Shown: one piece after another, positions 30,690 to 39,659 of the stretch | How the letters are laid out: each line of letters opens with the position of its first letter | Numbering within the stretch: the first letter of the stretch is position 1 | DNA from: Bacillota bacterium | GTDB taxonomy: Bacteria; Bacillota; Sulfobacillia; Fermentithermobacillales; Fermentithermobacillaceae | Direction of reading: 5' to 3' | Assembly (NCBI GenBank): GCA_050260675.1 | Contig: JBLNCN010000012.1 | Coordinates: 6,104 to 70,103 of the forward strand | Length of the DNA stretch: 64,000 bases | Translations under genes and position numbers: made by a program | Notes under the pieces: model-generated | The model's database searches: none | What the model saw: only the letters and a program-made list of their open reading frames with translations | Told to the model about the DNA's origin: nothing

Positions 30690-31142
30690 CTAGTACGTGA
30701 ACCAGTGGTTGCCGATCCGCGCCGCGAACGGCTTAGCCCAGAGCCACGAATTCGTTACGGTGTGGTAGTTGAAGTAGAACAGCGCCCCGCCTGTCGGGTC
30801 AACGCCATTCATGGCGTCCCTGGCGGCGTTCAAGCTGTCCTGGTCGGGTCTGGAGTTGAACATCCAGTTGCCGACACAAGAGAACTGCCACGGCTCGTAA
30901 ATGACTCCGGCTACGGTGTTCGGGAACAGAGGGCTCCTCACACGGTTCATAATCACCGCGCCGACAGCGACCTTGCCCATGTAGGGCTCGCCGGCTGCCT
31001 CGGCGTAGATCGTTCTGGCCATTAGCCAGAGATCGTCCGAAGCGCTTGCGTCAGCCTGCGCCGGCATCGACAGGAGCACTACCCCTGCCAGGAAGGCCAC
31101 CGACAGAACTGCGGCCCAACGCTTCCTAGCCGAATAGCTCAT
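30690..31142 (-). CDS. cell wall hydrolase, SleB (Hydrolase_2) domain, secreted
   Basis: Signal peptide then 'LMARTIYAEAAGEPYMGKVAVGAVIMNRV...' SleB-domain motifs. AAAGGGG RBS. Confidence 0.75.
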   Translation of the reverse strand: MSYSARKRWAAVLSVAFLAGVVLLSMPAQADASASDDLWLMARTIYAEAAGEPYMGKVAVGAVIMNRVRSPLFPNTVAGVIYEPWQFSCVGNWMFNSRPDQDSLNAARDAMNGVDPTGGALFYFNYHTVTNSWLWAKPFAARIGNHWFTY

Positions 31143-31157
31143 ACCGTTGCCCCTTTC

Positions 31158-31285
31158 TAGCCTCCGGAGTTAGCTTACGGGTTCGGTGAAAGGATGAAGC
31201 CCTACCGCGCGGTTCGCGCGGATTCACCCAAAGACGGTTCCTCCGGTCCCGCCTACGCGGGATTAGGCCCGAGTGCTGCTATGTT
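31158..31285 (-). ncRNA. candidate cyclic-di-AMP riboswitch (ydaO/kimA class) in the 5' leader of the SleB-like hydrolase gene
   Basis: Minus-strand leader reads ...GGGACCGGAGGAACC...GGGUGAAUCC...GGUAGGG...CACCGAACCCGUAAGCUAACUCCGG... Order and wording match, from memory, the conserved ydaO blocks (GGUGAAUC / GGUAGGG / CCGAACCCG..AGCUAACC). A 140-nt leader with nested helices (CCGCGCGG/CGCGG, TCCCGC/GCGGGA). Confidence 0.55.
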
Positions 31286-31343
31286 AACACCATTTTGTGG
31301 GGGGAATCACTAGGCGATCTGTGGAAAAGGCCTGATAGACCGC

Positions 31344-31349
31344 ATTATA
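31344..31349 (-). promoter_or_regulatory. candidate -10 box (TATAAT on the minus strand) for the riboswitch-hydrolase transcript
   Basis: Minus-strand 'cTTGTATAATg' lies about 60 nt upstream of the aptamer start; no convincing -35. Confidence 0.25.
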
Positions 31350-31423
31350 CAAGGCATATCACGCCACGGCGCAGGGTGAACCATCCAAGGGCCACGGGTC
31401 TGCATGCTGGACCGTCGAGGGGG

Positions 31424-31939
31424 CTATTCAGAGAGGAGGTATCCCTTCCTGGCCAGGGCATCTTCTACCAAGGCGAGCTGGCCGGGATCTTTGCACCTCA
31501 CGAGATGAAGGTGGACTCCGTTCGTAAGGGAGGATAGGAGCCCGGCTTTGGTGGCTTCCATCCTCTGCATGAACCTGTCGACGTCAGACCTGCTTGAGAT
31601 CGCGAGTAGGCCTGTCAGCTGCCCGTACACAGGATGCTCCACAGTCACGTCAACGACTTCGCCGCCGTGATCCACGATGGTATAAAGCTCATCTCTGGTG
31701 TCGCCCCGGCTGTGCTTCACGGCGATAAGCTTTGTGAACCCGGGCGAAGGAGCGTCTTTCAGCATTGTGTAGCCTTGAGGCGTGGCGAGGATCCGCTCAC
31801 CCTGGGCCCGCAGCACCGCCATATCCTGCACGATGACCTGCCGCGTCACCCCCAGACGTGAGGATAGGGAAGCCCCGGTCACCGGCGACTCCTTCTGAAG
31901 TATCTCAAGTATCGCTGTGCGTCTCGAGGCGGCATCCAA
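31424..31939 (-). CDS. niaR: NAD biosynthesis transcriptional repressor NiaR (YrxA/NadR-type; HTH + 3H domain)
   Basis: 'VTRQVIVQDMAVL', 'EHPVYGQLTG', and 'LTNGVHLHLV' align closely with B. subtilis YrxA. Confidence 0.85.
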   Translation of the reverse strand: MDAASRRTAILEILQKESPVTGASLSSRLGVTRQVIVQDMAVLRAQGERILATPQGYTMLKDAPSPGFTKLIAVKHSRGDTRDELYTIVDHGGEVVDVTVEHPVYGQLTGLLAISSRSDVDRFMQRMEATKAGLLSSLTNGVHLHLVRCKDPGQLALVEDALARKGYLLSE

Positions 31940-31997
31940 CGAGCATTCCTCCAGCGATAAGATTACCCGTCCGCTGGGAATTCAGCGAGCTGTGTGA

Positions 31998-32023
31998 CAA
32001 ACCCTGCAGGTGCAAAGGGTTTG
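31998..32023 (+). promoter_or_regulatory. perfect 8-bp inverted repeat CAAACCCT-N10-AGGGTTTG in the niaR/dppA2 divergent intergenic region (candidate operator)
   Basis: IR seen directly; located 59 nt upstream of the niaR start. Confidence 0.25.
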
Positions 32024-32081
32024 CCCGGCCGATTGGGGAACCTATCCAGGAAATCACGCATTCCCTTGGGAGGTAATCCAA

Positions 32082-32897
32082 TTGAGAGTGTTCATTTCCT
32101 GCGACATTGAAGGCGTTTCGGGAGTTGTATCAGCCGTCCCTCAGACCTCACCCGAAGGCAAGGACTACGGGCGCGCCCGCGAGCTAATGACCGAGGAGGT
32201 CAACGCAGCCATAGCCGGCGCGGCGAAGGTGGGAGCGACCGAGATCGTGGTCAACGATTCCCACGGGCCCATGACAAATATCCTGATTGAAAAGGTGAAC
32301 CCGGCAGCGACGCTCATAACCGGCGCGCCGAAGCCCCTTTCCATGATGCAAGGCATTAGCCCTGACTTTGATGCCGTCATGTTCGTCGGATACCACGCCA
32401 AAATGGGGGCGCCGGGCGTCCTCAGCCACACCATTTCCGGCGGCAGCGTCGCCAATGTATGGGTGAATGGGATCCCGGTCGGCGAGACAGGCATCAACGC
32501 AGGTCTAGCCGGCTTCTATGGAGTGCCCGTCGTCCTGGTAACGGGCGACGACGCGGTCGCCCAGGAGGCCAAGGCGCTCTTGCCCCACGTCCATACGGCC
32601 ACCGTCAAGTGGGCTGTAAACAGGCAGGCTGCCCGCTGCCTGGCGCCAACGACCGCGCGCCAGGTCATCGCGGAAGCCGCTGAGAAGGCTCTACTGGACC
32701 TATCCGCAGCTAAGGCGTGGCTCCCCGGGTCGCCCGTGACCTTCAGCATCGAGTTCAAGGATGCGGGGCTTGCCGACAACGCTGCCCGTATGCCCTACAC
32801 CAAGGTGCTCGACGGCAGGACAGTGTCCTTCACCGCCGACGACTACCTCACGGCGTTCATGGGGCTTCGGTCCATGATCGCCCTGTCCAGGGGATAA
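32082..32897 (+). CDS. dppA: D-aminopeptidase DppA paralog (peptidase M55)
   Basis: 'RVFISCDIEGVSGV...VNDSHGPMTNIL'. TTG 32082 follows GGGAGG. About 50% identical to the copy at 1255-2097. Confidence 0.75.
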   Translation: MRVFISCDIEGVSGVVSAVPQTSPEGKDYGRARELMTEEVNAAIAGAAKVGATEIVVNDSHGPMTNILIEKVNPAATLITGAPKPLSMMQGISPDFDAVMFVGYHAKMGAPGVLSHTISGGSVANVWVNGIPVGETGINAGLAGFYGVPVVLVTGDDAVAQEAKALLPHVHTATVKWAVNRQAARCLAPTTARQVIAEAAEKALLDLSAAKAWLPGSPVTFSIEFKDAGLADNAARMPYTKVLDGRTVSFTADDYLTAFMGLRSMIALSRG

Positions 32898-32980
32898 GAC
32901 GGCGCCGCAGAGACTCTAACCCTTCGAGGTTCTCGCCAGTCTATAAGGGTAGGCGCAAGTGTGAGAGGAGGCGCGGAGCG

Positions 32981-34381
32981 TTGAGCACCAAAGCCAGCTC
33001 ATCGATGAAAGACCTTATGATGGGCGCTCTGAAGCATGCGGACGTGGAGTACTGCGAAATCCGCATCGAGGAAACCGAGCAGGTGTCCGTGAGTTTCCGT
33101 GGGAAGGAGATCGATCAGGCGTCAGAGTCGGTATCTTACGGCGGCAACGTGCGCGCGCTGCAGAGCGGCGGGTGGGGATTCGTGTCGTTCAACAGGCTGG
33201 ATGACTTGCCCCGCAAGGTTTCGGAGGCGTGCGCGCAGGCCAAGATCCTCGGCAAGATACTGAAAAAGGATATCCGGCTGCACCCGGTCCCCGCTGTCGA
33301 AGACGAGGTCTTCGGCCAGTTCAAGAGCCCTGCGTTTGCGGTCCCGCTTGCGGATAAGGTTGCCCTCATGCAGGCATATAACGAGCTTGCTCTGAGCCAG
33401 CCCGAGATCACCTCGACTATGACCCGGTACTTCGACCGGCACACCCACCTGTATTTCGCCAGCACCAACGGAACCTACATATATCAGGAGAAGATGGACC
33501 TGGGAGGGGCGGTGACCGCCGTCGCCACAAAGGGTGGCCTCACGACCCAGGACTACGCCAGTTTCGGCTCCAACACCGATTACGGGGTCACTAAGGGTCT
33601 TGAGCCGGAAATCCTTAAAGCGGCTGCAGCCGCCAAGGATATGCTGTATGCCCCGGTCGTGAAGGCCGGCGAGTACACCGCGATCCTGTCGCCCGATATG
33701 GCCGGGCTGTTCGCCCACGAGGCATTCGGCCACTTGTCCGAAGCCGACTCGCTGGATGAGGACGAACGGATGAAGGAGCTCCTCAAGATCGGCACTGTTT
33801 ACGGCACCAAGGAACTCAACATCTTCGACAGCGGGGTTGAGGGCGGCAACAGGGGAGAGGCCAAGTACGACGACGAGGGCGTCGCCATGCGGAAGATATA
33901 CCTCATCAAAGGGGGGGCCGTCGTAGGCCACCTGCATTCGCGCGAGAGCGCCGAGAAGATGGGGGAGGAGCCGACCGGCAACGCCAGGGCGCTCAACTAT
34001 AGGTTCCCGCCAATCGTCAGGATGAGGACCATGTGCATCGGGCAAGGGACCAAGACCTTGAAAGAGATGCTGGACGGTGTGGCCCTCGGCATCTACGTGA
34101 GCGGCGGATACGGAGGCGAGACCAACGGCGAGATGTTCACCTTCACAGCCTCGCGCTGCAGGATGATCCGGAACGGCGAGCTGGCCGAGCCTGTAAGGGA
34201 CGTGAGCCTCACCGGAAACGTGTTCACCACGCTGCGCAACATCGACATGATCGGGAACGACTTTGAGATCCGGAACGGGCCGGGAGGGTGCGGCAAGGGC
34301 GCTCAAAGCCCGCTCCCCACGGCCGAAGGCGCTCCCCATGTCAGGATCCAGAAAGTTGTGGTCGGAGGTGAGAAGTCGTGA
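32981..34381 (+). CDS. tldD: metalloprotease TldD
   Basis: TldD/PmbA family, 'HEAFGHLSEAD' metal motif. TTG 32981 follows GGAGG (ATG 33005 is an alternative). 4-nt overlap with the next gene. Confidence 0.85.
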   Translation: MSTKASSSMKDLMMGALKHADVEYCEIRIEETEQVSVSFRGKEIDQASESVSYGGNVRALQSGGWGFVSFNRLDDLPRKVSEACAQAKILGKILKKDIRLHPVPAVEDEVFGQFKSPAFAVPLADKVALMQAYNELALSQPEITSTMTRYFDRHTHLYFASTNGTYIYQEKMDLGGAVTAVATKGGLTTQDYASFGSNTDYGVTKGLEPEILKAAAAAKDMLYAPVVKAGEYTAILSPDMAGLFAHEAFGHLSEADSLDEDERMKELLKIGTVYGTKELNIFDSGVEGGNRGEAKYDDEGVAMRKIYLIKGGAVVGHLHSRESAEKMGEEPTGNARALNYRFPPIVRMRTMCIGQGTKTLKEMLDGVALGIYVSGGYGGETNGEMFTFTASRCRMIRNGELAEPVRDVSLTGNVFTTLRNIDMIGNDFEIRNGPGGCGKGAQSPLPTAEGAPHVRIQKVVVGGEKS

Positions 34382-35691
34382 GCAGCGCGCATGAATCAGG
34401 TGCCCTAGCGAAAGCGCTTGCCGCAGCCAGGGAGGAGGGCTTGGAGGCCACCCTTTCGCTCGATGAGAATGCAAGCGTAGAGGTGCTATTCGACTTCAAC
34501 AGGCTTAAGGGCATCCAGAACACAGAGAGCCTTTCCTACTCCGCTCAGACCATAGAGGGTGGAAAACTCGGCCTCGCAACCTCGACCAAACCCGGAGACG
34601 AGTCGGGCCTCATACGGAAGGCTCGTGACCTTTCCGTGTACGGCGCGCCGGCGGCTTACTCGTTCCCGGCGCCGGTCGCGGTGAAGAAACCGGAAGTGTA
34701 CAGTCCCGAAGTGGCGAATCTCAGCGTCGAGAAGATGATCGAGATGGGCGAGGAGATTGTCTCCTTCATCAGCAAGTTGCATCCCGACGTGAACGGCGGC
34801 GCTAGGATCGTGAAATCGGTCATGCGCGAGTCCATAGGGAACACCAAGGGCCTTTTGGCTTCGTGGGAGAGGACGACTTTCGCCATCCTGTCCGTCGTGC
34901 AACTGGTCGAGGGCCAGAACATGATAGATGTCTACGATTACTGCTCCTCCACCTCCCTTGAGTGCGACCTCCCGAAGATGAAGGAGACCCTGGCCTGGAA
35001 GCTTGACCTCATGCGGAAGAACGTGCAGATCCCGACCGGGGCGTACGACGTGCTGTTCACCCCCGCGACCATCCAGGTCCTGCTGGAACCCATCCTAGTC
35101 TGCCTCAACGGCCGTGCGGTGACTCGTGGGATAAGCCCGTTTGCGGGACGGCTGGGCGAGGCGGCTTTCTCGCCGAAACTGACTATCATTGAGGATGGAC
35201 TCTTGGACGGCGGGATCGGCAGCAGGATGTACGATGCCCAGGGAGTTCATTGCCGGCGGACCGCGCTGATCGACAAGGGCGTCATCTCCGAGTTCCTGCT
35301 GGACCTGGACACAGCCCACAGGCTCGGGCGTAAGCCCATAGGCACTGGGCAGATCGGGTCAATCGAGCCCAACAACCTGGTGGTTGCCCCGGGAGACGTC
35401 GCGATGGCCGACCTCCTTTCCGGCATGGACCGGGGCATAGTCATCGACAACACCATGGGCGCGTGGGCGGGGAACAAGTACTCGGGCCAGGTAACCGGCA
35501 ACATCTCCCGGGGGTTTCTGGTCGAAAACGGCAAGATGGTGGGACGGGTAAAGGACTGCATGTTCTCGGCCAACGCCTTCACTCACCTGCAAGACAACCT
35601 GGTCGCGCTCAGCAAGGAGACCGAGCAGCGGTTCGGCGCCATCGCTCCTTACGCGCTGGTAAGCAATGTTTCAGTTACCGCCAAGACGTAG
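34378..35691 (+). CDS. pmbA: metalloprotease PmbA/TldE (TldD partner)
   Basis: Second TldD/PmbA-family ORF (437 aa) translationally coupled (GTGA overlap) to tldD. Confidence 0.8.
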   Translation: MSSAHESGALAKALAAAREEGLEATLSLDENASVEVLFDFNRLKGIQNTESLSYSAQTIEGGKLGLATSTKPGDESGLIRKARDLSVYGAPAAYSFPAPVAVKKPEVYSPEVANLSVEKMIEMGEEIVSFISKLHPDVNGGARIVKSVMRESIGNTKGLLASWERTTFAILSVVQLVEGQNMIDVYDYCSSTSLECDLPKMKETLAWKLDLMRKNVQIPTGAYDVLFTPATIQVLLEPILVCLNGRAVTRGISPFAGRLGEAAFSPKLTIIEDGLLDGGIGSRMYDAQGVHCRRTALIDKGVISEFLLDLDTAHRLGRKPIGTGQIGSIEPNNLVVAPGDVAMADLLSGMDRGIVIDNTMGAWAGNKYSGQVTGNISRGFLVENGKMVGRVKDCMFSANAFTHLQDNLVALSKETEQRFGAIAPYALVSNVSVTAKT

Positions 35692-37362
35692 ATGCCTGTA
35701 GGACGTGTCATCAGGGGTGCAGCGCTGGCCGTAGCCATTGCGCTCTGCGCCTCCGCGCTCGTCGTCGGTTGTGCGTCGGACCAAGTGCTCGAGTACTCCA
35801 CGGCGAACGATGGATCGACTATGCTCCAGCCGGGCTTCACTCTAACCAAGCGGCAAGCTGTCGAGGACTGCCGCTTTTTCATCGACGCCATGAGGGATCG
35901 CTATCCATATCTCGAGCTAAAGAAGCGCACCGAGGGCTACGATTGGTTAGCGCATGAAGCGGAGTTCTTGAAGCTAGTAGAGGAAGCGAAGAGTCACGAG
36001 GAGTTTGCCAAGGCGATGTCGAGGATCGCCTTATCTCTGAACAACGGGCACACAGGGATAATCTCAGGGGCGATGCTGCAAGTCTATGAGGAGTCGGATG
36101 GTTGGGCTTCGGTTGCGAAGAAGGCCACCCGAGAAAGGGCCGATTACTGGCACTCGCTTGCTGGAAAGAGCAGTCCTCCGGCTGTTTTTCCTCCTTTCAT
36201 CGCCTCATACTCTCGCGGGGAGTACGTCGTAACAAACGTCGCTCCGGATGATGCCATCCAATCCCAAATCCGTGTAGGGTCCCGGGTTGTGAAGGTAAGC
36301 GGCATACCCGTCCACGAGTACGTCAAGTCCCATAGGGGGAGCCGGTACCTGCCCTACGACCCGGAGTTCGGAAGGATCTATGAGAGTCCGCGCCTGTACT
36401 TTGATCGGCATTCCTCCACGGTCTCGGTGGAGATCATTGACCCCGACGGCATCCTGAGAACGGTCGATATCCCCTGGGCAAAGGAAGTCTGGCAGGCGCC
36501 CTATCCGAACTGTCCACCAGCCTACGCTGCGGACCCAGGAACCGATACCGCACTTGGAGAGCCTCTGTGCACCGTGATCGATTGGAATGGGAGCAAGGTA
36601 GGCTACGTTTATCTGCCTTCGATGGACGGCCAAGTCCACAATGACGCCGCAATACTGCGAGACTTCTTCGCAAGCATTCGGGACCTGCCGGCCGTCATAC
36701 TCGACATTCGGTCGAACTCGGGCGGAAATGATGCCTATTGGCGCACCAACATCATTTCGCAGCTTGGCCTTCGGGCCAAGCATGACGCCAGACTAGGTTG
36801 GGCAGAGAGGCGAAGCGCAAGAGCCGCAGATGGTTCTGTTGGGAGTCTCGACAAGACATGGTTTGCTGACTTGATCGGACCTGCCGCGAGATCCGTTCCC
36901 CCGGAGATCTGGACCCCTGAATTCGCGCAGCCCGTCACCTTTCCGGCCCTCAGTGGTCCCGGCATAGGTGAACTGGCGATCGGCTACGAAGGGTCCGTGT
37001 TTGTCCTGACATCCAGACAGGTCTACTCATCTGCCGAAACTTTCGCCGCCACATGCAAGGCCAGCGGTATCGCTACCTTGGTAGGTACCTACACTGGAGG
37101 CGATGGCATCGGCGTGATGCCCGGTATCGTTGTCTTGCCCAATAGCGGGATGGTCATTAGGTACCCGGTGACGATGGGATTGAACCCAGATTGGACGGCC
37201 AACGAGGAGTTTCACACCAAACCTGACGTCCTCGTGGAGCAGAGCCTTGAGGACCTCTTGCGGTGGCTTGAGGCTACGGGCGATGAAGGGTTTCCGGGAG
37301 CCCCCAGACCTGAGCTGGACACCGTCCTCAGGGAGTGTTTGAACCTAGCTGCCACTGAATAA
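35692..37362 (+). CDS. S41 family (C-terminal processing / tricorn-core-like) peptidase lipoprotein
   Basis: Lipobox 'VVGCAS'. 'ILDIRSNSGGN' and 'VYSSAETFAA' S41 catalytic motifs. Confidence 0.6.
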   Translation: MPVGRVIRGAALAVAIALCASALVVGCASDQVLEYSTANDGSTMLQPGFTLTKRQAVEDCRFFIDAMRDRYPYLELKKRTEGYDWLAHEAEFLKLVEEAKSHEEFAKAMSRIALSLNNGHTGIISGAMLQVYEESDGWASVAKKATRERADYWHSLAGKSSPPAVFPPFIASYSRGEYVVTNVAPDDAIQSQIRVGSRVVKVSGIPVHEYVKSHRGSRYLPYDPEFGRIYESPRLYFDRHSSTVSVEIIDPDGILRTVDIPWAKEVWQAPYPNCPPAYAADPGTDTALGEPLCTVIDWNGSKVGYVYLPSMDGQVHNDAAILRDFFASIRDLPAVILDIRSNSGGNDAYWRTNIISQLGLRAKHDARLGWAERRSARAADGSVGSLDKTWFADLIGPAARSVPPEIWTPEFAQPVTFPALSGPGIGELAIGYEGSVFVLTSRQVYSSAETFAATCKASGIATLVGTYTGGDGIGVMPGIVVLPNSGMVIRYPVTMGLNPDWTANEEFHTKPDVLVEQSLEDLLRWLEATGDEGFPGAPRPELDTVLRECLNLAATE

Positions 37363-37378
37363 GGAAAGGCCATGAGGA

Positions 37379-37405
37379 AAGGCCGCCGGTTTGGCGGCCT
37401 TCTCG
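37379..37405. terminator. bidirectional intrinsic terminator between the convergent S41 and M20 genes
   Basis: AAGGCCGCC-ggttt-GGCGGCCTT perfect hairpin. Confidence 0.5.
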
Positions 37406-37449
37406 TCAACAGTTCACAGTGTGCGACCCGCAGCCTAGCGTTGCCCGAA

Positions 37450-38595
37450 CTAGAGCGTCACGAGCAGGCCCGCGACCACTGCCGCGCGCTCAGGCAGGCT
37501 GGCGATTTCCACGTACTCTGTCCGGGCGTGGCCGCCGTCTCCGACTGCCCCCAGTCCGTCGATCGTAGGTATACCCAGGGCCGAAGTGAAGTTGCCGTCG
37601 CTCCCGCCGCCGGTGCCTCCCTCGATGAGCTGGACGCCCATGGCTGCCCCAAGGGTCTTGGCTATCTCAAACAGCCCGACGTTCTTCTGGTTCCGCTCCA
37701 TGGGCGGTCGGTTGAGCCCGCCTGTGACGGTGACGGCAGTGCGAGTGTCGACAGGCGTGAGGCCCAGGATCTGCGGGACAACCCTTTCGGCTTCTGCCTG
37801 GGTTTTGACCCTCAGGTCGACCTTCAGCACGGCCTCTTCAGCAACCACGTTGGACCGGGTCCCCGCGTTCAGGACGCCGACATTGACGGTTGTGCCCTTC
37901 TCCAGGTCCGTGAGTGAGTGAAGCTTGAGGACCTGGTGCGCAGCTTCCTGTATGGCTGAAGCGCCCTTTTCGTAGTCGGCGCCCGCGTGGGAGGCACGTC
38001 CCTTGATGTTCACCTCAAACATGCCCACGCCCTTGCGCCAGGTCTTGAGAGCCCCGCCAAAGACCGACGGTTCGAGGACCAGGACGGCCTTTGATTTCTC
38101 TGCTTCTTCCTCGATAATCGGTCTTGAGGTAGGGGAGCCGATTTCCTCATCCGAGTTATGTAGCACCGTGAGACGCGATCGCGGCTTCACCCCAAGAGCT
38201 GTCAGGGTCTTCACCGCGAAGACGAGTTCAACGATACCAGCCTTCATGTCATAGGCACCGGGACCGTAGGCTTTGTCATCCTCGATCCTGAACGGGCGGC
38301 GTGCCGTTTCGCCCGCATCCCACACGGTATCGTAGTGCCCAAGGGCAAGGATCTGCTGATCCCCCGAGCCCCACTCGGCCTTAAGGTGATTGCCGTGCTG
38401 CGCCTGCTCAATAACGGAGACTTTGGCCCCCGCATCCTGCCATGTCTTCGCGAGAAACTCACTGCACTTGTCGAGGTGAGGTTTGCTCGTGCTTGGAGAG
38501 TCGATGTTGGTCAGATCCCGAAGGAGAGCGAGTATTTCGTCCTGGGAGTTTTTGAGGTGCTCCAGGATCTTCTTCTGAAGACTCAGGTCGTGCAC
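37450..38595 (-). CDS. M20/M25/M40 family metallopeptidase (amidohydrolase/deacylase type)
   Basis: 'ALGHYDTVW', 'AYDMKAG', and 'HNSDEEIGS' M20 metal-ligand motifs; 381 aa. Confidence 0.75.
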   Translation of the reverse strand: MHDLSLQKKILEHLKNSQDEILALLRDLTNIDSPSTSKPHLDKCSEFLAKTWQDAGAKVSVIEQAQHGNHLKAEWGSGDQQILALGHYDTVWDAGETARRPFRIEDDKAYGPGAYDMKAGIVELVFAVKTLTALGVKPRSRLTVLHNSDEEIGSPTSRPIIEEEAEKSKAVLVLEPSVFGGALKTWRKGVGMFEVNIKGRASHAGADYEKGASAIQEAAHQVLKLHSLTDLEKGTTVNVGVLNAGTRSNVVAEEAVLKVDLRVKTQAEAERVVPQILGLTPVDTRTAVTVTGGLNRPPMERNQKNVGLFEIAKTLGAAMGVQLIEGGTGGGSDGNFTSALGIPTIDGLGAVGDGGHARTEYVEIASLPERAAVVAGLLVTL

Positions 38596-38618
38596 TGGTT
38601 ATCCCTCCGTCATGTATT

Positions 38619-39527
38619 CTACAGGGCTCGAAGCGCCATGATCCACAGCGTCAGGGTGAGCACGCTGGCTACGGTAGACGCGGCCGTAACCCGGGTGACG
38701 GTTGCCGGCTCGGCGCTGAACTCCTGGGCCAGTACCGTCGCATTGACTGGAGTCGACATGGCCGCCTGAAGCACGAGGATCTTCCAGGGCAGGCCCGACA
38801 ATCCGAAGGCTCTACCGAGAAGCATCGCTATAACAGGGGCGATCACGAGACGGAGAATGACTCCTATGGAGGGCGTTTTCCACGACTCCTGTCCCGCGCT
38901 GCTGCCTAGAAGCTGAAGACCAAGGAGCAGCAGGAACACAGGGACGGCCGCCTGTGCGAGCAGGCCAACCGGTCTCATTAGAACCTCGGGAATAGGCACG
39001 CCTGTCAACCTAACGGTGATGCCCGCCAGCGCCGCCCATACGGCCGGCATTTTGAGCACCTGTCTTAAAGCCTTCGAGGCGGTCATCTGGCTAGAGGCGG
39101 CAATGTACACCCCCAGGGTGTATATCATGATTGTCTGGGCGACCATGAACACTACGCCGAAGTCCATCCCCTCTTGCCCAAACGCGAAGAGCATGACGGG
39201 CAGTCCGTAGTTGCCGGCATTGGTGAAGATCGTCGCCAGAAGCATTGCGCGAGACCGATTCTGGTCCCACTTTAGTAACTTGAACAGGGGTAGGAACAAC
39301 GCGATCTCTACCAACGGGAAGGTCATGGCAGCGAGGACAAGCCTCCAGGCAACCGCCAGGTCTACGGTTGAAGTAACCAGGGAGTTAAACGCAAGGGCCG
39401 GGACAAGGACGTGGAGGCACACGCGGGAGAGGGTCTGCTTCTCCAGACCGAGCCGGTTCCCCAGGACATATCCTAATGCCGCGATGAGGAATGCGGGTAG
39501 TACAGCATCTATTGGCAATACGGCCAC
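38619..39527 (-). CDS. AEC (auxin efflux carrier) family transporter
   Basis: 302 aa, 8-10 TM helices, N-terminal 'LPAFLIAALGYVLG' typical of the AEC family. Confidence 0.7.
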   Translation of the reverse strand: MAVLPIDAVLPAFLIAALGYVLGNRLGLEKQTLSRVCLHVLVPALAFNSLVTSTVDLAVAWRLVLAAMTFPLVEIALFLPLFKLLKWDQNRSRAMLLATIFTNAGNYGLPVMLFAFGQEGMDFGVVFMVAQTIMIYTLGVYIAASSQMTASKALRQVLKMPAVWAALAGITVRLTGVPIPEVLMRPVGLLAQAAVPVFLLLLGLQLLGSSAGQESWKTPSIGVILRLVIAPVIAMLLGRAFGLSGLPWKILVLQAAMSTPVNATVLAQEFSAEPATVTRVTAASTVASVLTLTLWIMALRAL

Positions 39528-39659
39528 CTCTTGTGTCTATCTTGCTGCTAGAAAGACTCCCTCCATTATAGATCTCATTCGCCGGGCGGGGTGAAGGATC
39601 ATTCGAGTACAGAAGCGAAAGTGATGAAGGATTCCACCACGCTGAAAGGAGACCCCGAG

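Noticed and set aside
32717-32980. 88-codon N-terminal extension of tldD (ORF-track start 32717) overlapping dppA2
   Set aside because: The extension is Arg/Gly-rich with no homology. TTG 32981 with a GGAGG RBS gives the standard 466-aa TldD.
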